Shown here piece after piece: positions 18,287-25,382 of a stretch of DNA of 36,422 nt. The DNA is from a bacterium. Lineage in GTDB: Bacteria > Sysuimicrobiota > Sysuimicrobiia > Sysuimicrobiales > Humicultoraceae. The translations under genes were made by a program, and so were the position numbers. The notes under the pieces were generated by a model. The model ran no database searches. It saw only the letters and a list, made by a program, of their open reading frames with translations, and was not told where the DNA came from. How positions within the stretch are numbered: position 1 is the stretch's first letter; every line of letters begins with the position of its first letter. The stretch spans positions 1 through 36,422 of the forward strand of contig JBOGSE010000219.1 in NCBI GenBank assembly GCA_050694895.1, written 5' to 3'.

Positions 18287-19354
18287 CTAGATTGTGATTT
18301 CTGAATGGTCGCTGATGAACACTCGCAGGGCCTTCGGGCCATTCTCTGCCCGCCGGATGGTCACGAAGCGTCCCAGCACGCTGTCTTCCAACCGATCGAT
18401 GCCTACAAGCTGGCAGTGTGCCAGGACGACGGAGTGCTGCACCGCCACTTGCGCCACCACCGTATCGTGGCCGATCGCGGTATACGGCCCCACGAATGCA
18501 TCACGGATCTGGCACCGTTCGCCGACAACTACCGGGCCGCGAATGACGCTGCGCTCGACGGTGGTGCCTGGACCGATCTCCACCCGGCCCGTGACGACCG
18601 AGGCCTCGTCCACCGTGCCCTGGATCTTCCGTGTCGCAATCTCATCCAGAACGGCTCGGTTGGCCTCCAGCAGATCATCCTTCTTCCCCGTATCAAGCCA
18701 CCAGCCGTCGAGTTTGACCGTTTCCACCTTGGCTCCACTACTGGACAGTTCCTGAATGGCGTCGGTGATCTCTAGCTCACCCCGTCGCGATGGACGGATT
18801 CGGTCGATGGCCGCGTGAACGCTCGGCCGGAAGAAGTACACTCCCACTAGCGCGAGGTTGCTCGGCGGATGCTGTGGCTTTTCGATCAGGGCGGTCATCC
18901 TCCCGTCGGCATCCACGACGGCCACGCCGAACTGGCGCGGGTCGGCGACCTCCTTCAGGAGGATAAGGGCTTCGGCATCGCTTTCCAGGAACCGGCTGTG
19001 GAGGTGCTGCACCCCGCCCTGAATCAGGTTATCCCCCAGAAACATCAGGAACGGACTGTCCCCAAGGAATGGGCGGGCCGTACGGACCGCGTGCGCTAGT
19101 CCGCCGGGCACGTCCTGTGGAATGTAACTGATCTTCACACCCCATTGCTCGCCGTTGCCCACGGAGTTGCGGATGGCTTCCCCCGTCTCCGGATCAATGA
19201 TGATGCCGACATCTCGGATACCGGCCTGCGCGACCTGGTCCAGGACAAAATGCACGATGGGTCGGTTGGCCACCGGAATCAGCTGCTTGGCGCCCGTGTG
19301 GGTCAGCGGCCTCAGCCGCGTGCCCCGTCCCCCGCACAGCACCAGGCCCTTCAT
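18287..19354 (-). CDS. rmlA: Glucose-1-phosphate thymidylyltransferase, long form with a C-terminal left-handed beta-helix
   Basis: The start is placed at [33 protein letters not shown] (355 aa). The alternative ATG is at 19381. The ORF-track extension to 19546 (GTG) is Arg-rich and unlikely to be coding. Confidence 0.85.
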   Translation of the reverse strand: MKGLVLCGGRGTRLRPLTHTGAKQLIPVANRPIVHFVLDQVAQAGIRDVGIIIDPETGEAIRNSVGNGEQWGVKISYIPQDVPGGLAHAVRTARPFLGDSPFLMFLGDNLIQGGVQHLHSRFLESDAEALILLKEVADPRQFGVAVVDADGRMTALIEKPQHPPSNLALVGVYFFRPSVHAAIDRIRPSRRGELEITDAIQELSSSGAKVETVKLDGWWLDTGKKDDLLEANRAVLDEIATRKIQGTVDEASVVTGRVEIGPGTTVERSVIRGPVVVGERCQIRDAFVGPYTAIGHDTVVAQVAVQHSVVLAHCQLVGIDRLEDSVLGRFVTIRRAENGPKALRVFISDHSEITI

Positions 19355-19398
19355 CTGGTTCCCGTTGGTCAGATCCGTCATGTTCCTACACGACCGAC

Positions 19399-20301
19399 TT
19401 ATTCCGTCTGGGGCGGAGCCTCTAATGCCGTACGGGAGCCTTTGCCCGCTCCTCCTTCGGATCTGCCCTCGGTAACCGCCTCGCGTTTGACGTATACGTA
19501 CCACTCGGTCTGGACCAGTGGGAGCCGCGCGACGAGGCGATCCCACAGGCGCTCATGCGGCAGGATAAAAGGGCTCGTGGGTGTGTTATTGAAGTTGTTC
19601 GTGCAATAGAGACGGCCCCCTGACTTCAGGACTGCGACCAGCCTGGGCAGGAGAGCTTCCAACTCCGTCGCGGCAAGGCTGCCGAAGACATCGAAGGCAA
19701 CAACGCAATCGAACTGCTCACCCCTGGGTATGTCAGAGATGAAGCGGATCGGGATGTTCCTCCGTCGAGCTCGCCACTCGGCTACCTTCCAGACGGGCGA
19801 ATCGGCGATATCGCAGTACCAGACCTCGTTTCCTTGGGCTGCCAGCTGCAGAGCCTCGGTCCCGATGCCTCCCCCGAAGGAGAGAACGGTACCATCCCGC
19901 TCGTCATTCAGGAGGGCAAGGTACCCATGGTAGGTAGGCGTCATATGCCAGCGGGCCAGGTCGTAGACGTACTCCGAGCAGTGCCGGTGGAACTCGTATA
20001 TCTGCTCCGGGGTCTGCGGGTTTTCTCGTCGCCAGCGCGCCGCTACCAGTTCGTGACCCCTGGCGAGGTTCAGTGCAACCTCGGACCGTGGCAATCCCAG
20101 GTATGCCTCCAGCTCCTCCAGCACCGAAGGACGTCCAGATATCATGCGCTCGTGTGCCGCTCGGTCCATGACCCGCGCCACCCTTAGCGGCTCCCTGTTT
20201 CCCCTCAGGAGGTACACGGCAGTCGCCACGGGATGCCTGAGGGCGAACCGTGCTCTTTGCAAAATCCTCATCATCCGCGCACCAGAGAGCGGAAGGCTCA
20301 T
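19399..20301 (-). CDS. Class I SAM-dependent methyltransferase
   Basis: 300 aa. Motif [14 protein letters not shown], acidic post-I residue in VWYCDIAD, and [17 protein letters not shown] overlap with the upstream DUF35 gene. The start could instead be Met10/11. Confidence 0.75.
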   Translation of the reverse strand: MSLPLSGARMMRILQRARFALRHPVATAVYLLRGNREPLRVARVMDRAAHERMISGRPSVLEELEAYLGLPRSEVALNLARGHELVAARWRRENPQTPEQIYEFHRHCSEYVYDLARWHMTPTYHGYLALLNDERDGTVLSFGGGIGTEALQLAAQGNEVWYCDIADSPVWKVAEWRARRRNIPIRFISDIPRGEQFDCVVAFDVFGSLAATELEALLPRLVAVLKSGGRLYCTNNFNNTPTSPFILPHERLWDRLVARLPLVQTEWYVYVKREAVTEGRSEGGAGKGSRTALEAPPQTE

Positions 20302-20666
20302 GCCGGCTCAAACAGCGGAAGCGTGTACTCCTTGGTGATGCGCCGCAGCACGACGCGAACCGGCATCCCGATCCGCACCGCCTCAGGGGGACAGTGCACA
20401 ATGTTGCTGACCATCACGGGACCTTCGTCGAGCTCGATGATGGCATAGACGTACGGCACGGAGAACGCCGGGTCGTGCGGTACCCGTTGAATCGTGTAGG
20501 TCAGAACTTTTCCTTGGCCGCTGGCACGGACCCACTTGAGATCTTGCAGATACGGCTTGTTCGCATGCTCGCGGCATCCCGCCAGCGGCCATCGCCAGCC
20601 GAGACACTGCTCGCACCGCAACAGTAAGAATTCTCCCCGCGCCAACCCCTCCCAGAACGGCACCAT
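20298..20666 (-). CDS. DUF35 protein (rubredoxin-like Zn ribbon plus OB fold; partner of thiolase-fold enzymes)
   Basis: 122 aa. FWEGLARGEFLLLRCEQCLGWRWPLAGCREH (Cys-x2-Cys...Cys-x2-His), then the OB-fold part GKVLTYTIQRV...YVYAIIELDEGPVMVSNIV...IGMPVRVV. It lies immediately downstream of a thiolase-fold gene, the canonical pairing. Confidence 0.7.
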   Translation of the reverse strand: MVPFWEGLARGEFLLLRCEQCLGWRWPLAGCREHANKPYLQDLKWVRASGQGKVLTYTIQRVPHDPAFSVPYVYAIIELDEGPVMVSNIVHCPPEAVRIGMPVRVVLRRITKEYTLPLFEPA

Positions 20667-20700
20667 CTCTTCGGTCGGGTTGGGGACGGGACCTGGCCAG

Positions 20701-21903
20701 TCAGTGATACGGGTGGCTCCTCAGGACGACGGTGGAGTGGATCGAGCACATCTGCCCCGACAGGACCTCTGCACCGTGACCGGACACCACGGCGACCTCC
20801 GCCCCCTCCACCTGTCGGCTCTTCCCCTCGCCGCGCAGCTGCGTCACGGCCTCGGCGAGGCCCGTCAAATTGCCGAGATGATGCGAGGAGAGCAGGCCCC
20901 CGCCGGTGTTGGTGGGGATCTGACCCCCGGGGGCGGTCCGCATCTCTGCCACGAACGCGCCGCCCTCGCCCTTCTCACACCAGCCGTAGTCCTCCACCTG
21001 GATCACGACCTCCCCGGTGAAGCAATCGTAGAGCTGCGCCACATCGATATCCGACAGCTGAACGCCGGCCTGCCTGAACGCATTGTCTCGCGCCGACCGC
21101 ACCGCCAGCGTGGTGTAATTTGATTTCTTCCACCAGAGATCGCTCATCTGCTCGCCGAACCCAATACCTGCGACATGGACCGGTGGCTTCCGTAAGTCTC
21201 GCGCGCGGTCCGCTGTCGTCACCACAAAGGCCACTCCGCCGTCACTCTGCAGGCAGATGTCAAAGAGACGATATGGCCACACGACCACCGGAGAGTTCTG
21301 GTGATCTTCTAATGTCAGGGACTTGCGATGCATGTACGCCGAGGGGTTGAGGTTCGCCCAGCGGCGCTGGGCAACGGCGACCGCGCCCAACTGGGCGCTC
21401 GTCGTCCCGTATTCATACATATGACGACTGGCGAGCAGTCCATGATACGTGACGGCGTTCCCTCCGAACAGTTGCGCCATCATATTCGTCTTGGGCGCAA
21501 ACGCCTGGCCGGCTCTCCCAGACGCGGCCTTAGCGGTCTGGCTGCGGCTCCAGTCGTCTCGTGCCCCGGCGCAGAGAACGTATTCGGCGACCCCATGTTC
21601 TAAGAGACTGCTTGCGATGATCAGGGCGTGGGCAACATACTCCCCGCCACGCCCGACATTCTCCATGTACACGTTGACCGGCAGGTTCAACACGCGCGCA
21701 AACGAGTCATGGTGCCTCGCGCGGACGCCGCCCCCCGTATCGCTGAGCAGCTGGATAGCCGCGCCGATGCGCTCGGCCTCGAGCCGGGCGTCCTGGAGGG
21801 CCAGCCGCGCCGCCTCAACCTCAAGCATCAGGACCGAACGGCCGGGGAGGTGGCCCACCTCTGTGACGCCGAGGCCGACGATGGCGCAGGTATCGCTCCT
21901 CAC
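20701..21903 (-). CDS. SCP2/Ltp-type thiolase-fold protein lacking the nucleophilic cysteine (candidate aldolase/condensing subunit)
   Basis: The ORF extends to 22260 across the upstream gene. I place the start at GTG 21903..21901, which is preceded by GGAGG with 8-nt spacing (seen in sequence). Family landmarks are AIVGLG, DICLQSDGGVAFVV, LYDCFTGEV and NTGGGLLSSHHLGNLTGLAEAVTQLRGE. The acyl-Cys position reads NVGRGGEY. Confidence 0.75.
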   Translation of the reverse strand: MRSDTCAIVGLGVTEVGHLPGRSVLMLEVEAARLALQDARLEAERIGAAIQLLSDTGGGVRARHHDSFARVLNLPVNVYMENVGRGGEYVAHALIIASSLLEHGVAEYVLCAGARDDWSRSQTAKAASGRAGQAFAPKTNMMAQLFGGNAVTYHGLLASRHMYEYGTTSAQLGAVAVAQRRWANLNPSAYMHRKSLTLEDHQNSPVVVWPYRLFDICLQSDGGVAFVVTTADRARDLRKPPVHVAGIGFGEQMSDLWWKKSNYTTLAVRSARDNAFRQAGVQLSDIDVAQLYDCFTGEVVIQVEDYGWCEKGEGGAFVAEMRTAPGGQIPTNTGGGLLSSHHLGNLTGLAEAVTQLRGEGKSRQVEGAEVAVVSGHGAEVLSGQMCSIHSTVVLRSHPYH

Positions 21904-21922
21904 CCGTCGCGCCTCCGCCCGC

Positions 21923-22891
21923 TCACTCTCTGAGGAAGGAGTCCGGCGGCATCGGCCCCCAGAGGTTCGCCGAGGCCGGCCGGCCCTTGACAGGGTCCCA
22001 CCGACCTGGTCGATACGTCGACTCGTCTTCGATCCGGTTCGGCTCGCCCAAGACCTCCCAACGGATCCCCCAGGGGTCGAGAAAATATACGAACAAGCCG
22101 TGACTGGGCCCATGCCGCCCCGGTCCAAACTCGATGCGGATGTCGTTGGCCACGAAATGGTCCCCGAGACGGCGGATCTCGTCCCACGACGCGATCTCAA
22201 ACGCGATGTGATGCACCCCGGGAGTCGTGGACCGGACGATGGCCACCGTGGCATGGTCACAGTTGCAGCGCAGCCAATAGAACGTCTCGCTGATCTGATC
22301 AGAAAGCCGAAAGTCCATGATGTCCTGCCACCACCGCGATGCCCGCGCCGGCTCCGGACTCTTCACATTGATATGCGCGAGCTTCACGAGGTCGAAGGGC
22401 ACGCGGCCGGCGGGACGGGGCACAGGCGGCAGGGGAACGGTGAGCTCCACGGCAAAGCCATCCGGGTCACGCAGGCGGACCGCCGGACCGTGCATGCGCT
22501 CGAAGTCCTGGGGACCTTGGATATCCAGCCCCCGTGACCGCAGGAGCGCAACCGCGCGAACAAGCGCTGCATCATCGACCACTGCCAGGCCGACGTGGTC
22601 GACTCCCGCCGGTTCTCCTGGAGACACGATGACTTCGTGATGGGCAACCGTCGCAGCCCCCCGGGGCAGGCTGCTGAGCCGGATGGCCCCACTGACCCCG
22701 TCCCGCCCCGTTTCCCCGAGTCCCAGGGCCCGCCGGTAGAAGGAGGCCGCGGCCTCCGGGTCGGGCACCCGAAGGCTCACGTGATCAAGATGCGTGACCG
22801 GGAGCAGTCCGCTCACCAGCGCGTGTCCCTCACCCTCCCCCGATGGCCGAGGGACCACGTTGATCACAGCACCGGTTTCGTCACGAGCCAT
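21923..22891 (-). CDS. Two-domain type I extradiol ring-cleavage dioxygenase (catechol 2,3-dioxygenase-like, VOC superfamily)
   Basis: 322 aa from ATG 22891..22889 (TGATG junction with the upstream stop). C-terminal domain: LAHINV, CDHATVAI, VHHIAFE and GPGRHGPSHGLFVYFLDPWGIRWEV. The last fits the extradiol signature as I recall it (G-x-H-x7-V-Y-x2-D-P-x-G-x3-E). Confidence 0.8.
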   Translation of the reverse strand: MARDETGAVINVVPRPSGEGEGHALVSGLLPVTHLDHVSLRVPDPEAAASFYRRALGLGETGRDGVSGAIRLSSLPRGAATVAHHEVIVSPGEPAGVDHVGLAVVDDAALVRAVALLRSRGLDIQGPQDFERMHGPAVRLRDPDGFAVELTVPLPPVPRPAGRVPFDLVKLAHINVKSPEPARASRWWQDIMDFRLSDQISETFYWLRCNCDHATVAIVRSTTPGVHHIAFEIASWDEIRRLGDHFVANDIRIEFGPGRHGPSHGLFVYFLDPWGIRWEVLGEPNRIEDESTYRPGRWDPVKGRPASANLWGPMPPDSFLRE

Positions 22892-24519
22892 CACGGTTCG
22901 CGCGCGACCTTTGCGGCCCTTCCCGAATCGAAGGCCAGTGTGTGAAATGGCAGCAGCTTGCCATGAGCCGTCGGAACGGGGTCCCGACGAATGACCTTGA
23001 TCGTCTGTGCCAGCCGCCACATGGGCGGTATCGTGGTGCGTGGCTGTATCTGTAACCTCAGTTCCTCGACAAACCTCGCCAGAACGCGCTCCTCGTCGAC
23101 CGGTCCCACAGCGGGGCTGACGACAAGGCACAACCTCGTCAGGTGCTCCTCATCCTCCATCTCGAGCAGCTGATAATCGAGGCTCCGGCCCCCGAATTCA
23201 CGGGGGAGCACTTCCTCGATGACCCGCACGCTGTCGGTCCCGAGCACGGTCACTCCCTCGCCGGTGAGCTTGGAGAAGCTCATGATGCCCGAGAGGTGCG
23301 TGTGCAACCCGAGGGTATCCCAGACACATTCACATCGGCGAACGGTGATGTCACCGAAGTCATCACTCTCGACGTTGAGCATGATTTTCGGGCTGGAAGG
23401 GAGCAGGGTCGTCAGGATCAAGGCATCCACAGCTCTGCCATCCGGCAAGGGACGCTTCTCGGACAGGAGCGCAAAACTGTCTGCCTGGAAATGCATATCA
23501 TCCACTGCCGTCGCCTGCCCGCATGCACACCCCACCGCGCCAGCTTCCGTGATGGAATATCGTGCCCCCACGCGCGCGCCCACGCGGACGATGTCCGCGG
23601 ACTTCCCCGGCGTCAGTGGCTCCCCACCGACGAGGAAGGCAACCCGTTCTAGATCGACTCCCCGGTGAGCGGCAAGCCCGGCCAGCCGGGTGGCGGTACT
23701 CGGACTCGTCAACGCCGCACACCCGCCGTATCGCGCGCGGGCCTCCAGGACGGCATCCAGTACGACGTCGGCATCGGCGAACGACGCGTGCTCAGGATAG
23801 GCCACGCGCACTCCGCGCGCCATGCCGATGATCTGTCCGACGCGAAACATCACGCGGTGCCGACGCGACACCGATTCTGGTGATGGCTTCGTGATGGAGA
23901 ACCAGCGCAGCAATGGTCGTCCCATATGGGCCAGCGCGAGCCACCACATCAGGCCGCCACCATGACTGACGGCAGGCATCCAGATGATGGCGGGCCATGA
24001 ACCGGCCCCCAGCGCCTCAAGGGCCAGGTACCACGCCGGCGCTCGCTGGTCGGCGACGTAGTCGAACGACGCTGGCACCCGCGACCCCCGGCTCCGTGTG
24101 CCGCCTGTTCGCGCGACAAACGATGGCACGGTCCTCGGGTTGTCCAGATCGCCCTCGGTACACTCGAACCGAAGACCATCGCGCTGAATGGGTCTCTGCC
24201 CCTTGAACTCCTCGTGGCTGAGGTAGACGCCCGTGGCCCGCAGCGCCTCGAGCGCCGACTCCAGCCCACGGCGTCGCACGGCATCAACCAAGGCGTCATA
24301 TGACCACCCTGCCCACTGCAACAGCCGGAGATATGGGCTCGCGGGATTCTGCCAGATCGTCTCCCGGGCCGTTCGCAAAAATAGCTCGTCCCGGACCGCC
24401 AGTCGATCGCGGATCTGCGCCTTGGCCTGCTCAAGCGTGAGGGGCCGGAAAATGTGCCGGACCAGCCCTCGGGCCACACGCACATGCGCGCCGAGATCGG
24501 CCGGGGCCGGAAGGCTCAT
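22891..24519 (-). CDS. PaaK/CapK-like adenylate-forming enzyme, copy 2 of 2
   Basis: 542 aa, collinear with 9243..10868. TGGTRSRGSRV, GEPLTPG, YSITEAGAVGCAC, DDMHFQAD, LTTLLPSSPKIMLNVESDDFGD, FSKLTGEGVTVLG, and the C-terminal HGKLLPF. Confidence 0.7.
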   Translation of the reverse strand: MSLPAPADLGAHVRVARGLVRHIFRPLTLEQAKAQIRDRLAVRDELFLRTARETIWQNPASPYLRLLQWAGWSYDALVDAVRRRGLESALEALRATGVYLSHEEFKGQRPIQRDGLRFECTEGDLDNPRTVPSFVARTGGTRSRGSRVPASFDYVADQRAPAWYLALEALGAGSWPAIIWMPAVSHGGGLMWWLALAHMGRPLLRWFSITKPSPESVSRRHRVMFRVGQIIGMARGVRVAYPEHASFADADVVLDAVLEARARYGGCAALTSPSTATRLAGLAAHRGVDLERVAFLVGGEPLTPGKSADIVRVGARVGARYSITEAGAVGCACGQATAVDDMHFQADSFALLSEKRPLPDGRAVDALILTTLLPSSPKIMLNVESDDFGDITVRRCECVWDTLGLHTHLSGIMSFSKLTGEGVTVLGTDSVRVIEEVLPREFGGRSLDYQLLEMEDEEHLTRLCLVVSPAVGPVDEERVLARFVEELRLQIQPRTTIPPMWRLAQTIKVIRRDPVPTAHGKLLPFHTLAFDSGRAAKVAREP

Positions 24520-25382
24520 GCGGTATCTCCGTCGAGCCGGTCGTACCCGAAGCCGTCGCGCGCGGTCAACAAACGCAGTCGCGCCCTGAAGAGCCAGAAC
24601 CCGTCACTCTGAATCACGGGGTACCGCCACATCCTGGAGAGATCGAGCGCACGGTAGGGGTTCTTGGCGGGCCCCCCAAGTGCGACCGTGTCATACCGTG
24701 AAGCCACCAGGGCGTGCGTCGCAGGCGCCCACCGTCCCCACGGGTACGCGAAATGCTTTGGGCGAAATCCCAGCCGCGCCTCGATGAGCCGATCGCACTC
24801 ATCCAGCTCGCGCCTCGCCTCTTCCAGGGATAACCGGGACAGGTCGGCGTGCGTATGCGTGTGCGCCCCGATGGTCATCAGTCCCGAGCCGCCCATCTCG
24901 GCAAGCTGATCCCAGGTCAGGGGCCGGGGTCTTTCCGCCGGGTCCATGGCGCGGTAGGCGCCAAAATCGAAGGGCCGTCGCGCCTCGAGATACATGGCAG
25001 GAACATAGATCGTTGCGGGGAGGCTATAGCGGTGGAGAATCGGATACGCCAGATGGTATGTCCCCTGGTGGCCGTCATCAAAGGTGATGGCCACGACATC
25101 CCGCTGCGCCGGCGGCCCGGACCCGTTCATGGAGATCCTGACCACGTCGTCGAGGGATACGACCCGAACGTGCCGACGGAGATAGTCCATCTGGCGCTCG
25201 AAGAGTCCGACGGCGACATCGATCTCGCTGCGGGTGCTGCCGCCGACGCGATGATAGAGGAGCACCACCACTCCGGGTCTCTGCTCGCGGCGCAGGGCAT
25301 GATATGGAAGCGCCCCCCACCGGAACAGGCTACGAGCAAGCCGGGCCTCACCTTTCAACCAGTCGCGAACGCGGTGCGTCAC
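24516..25382 (-). CDS. Polysaccharide deacetylase (CE4 / NodB homology domain)
   Basis: NodB motifs ITFDDGHQGTY and GAHTHTHADL. The ORF extends to 25586 over the upstream gene; GTG 25382..25380 gives a GTGA overlap with the upstream stop. The start position is only moderately certain. Confidence 0.8.
   Translation of the reverse strand: MTHRVRDWLKGEARLARSLFRWGALPYHALRREQRPGVVVLLYHRVGGSTRSEIDVAVGLFERQMDYLRRHVRVVSLDDVVRISMNGSGPPAQRDVVAITFDDGHQGTYHLAYPILHRYSLPATIYVPAMYLEARRPFDFGAYRAMDPAERPRPLTWDQLAEMGGSGLMTIGAHTHTHADLSRLSLEEARRELDECDRLIEARLGFRPKHFAYPWGRWAPATHALVASRYDTVALGGPAKNPYRALDLSRMWRYPVIQSDGFWLFRARLRLLTARDGFGYDRLDGDTA

Noticed and set aside
9243-24519. Possibility that the two ligase paralogues mark a recent segmental duplication or the ends of a mobile/integrative element carrying a catabolic island.
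   Set aside because: The copies differ at most synonymous sites, so the duplication is old. They are in direct rather than inverted orientation, with no flanking nucleotide repeats that I can see. No transposase, integrase, tRNA or att-like site is present, and both flanks are translationally coupled to glycan genes.
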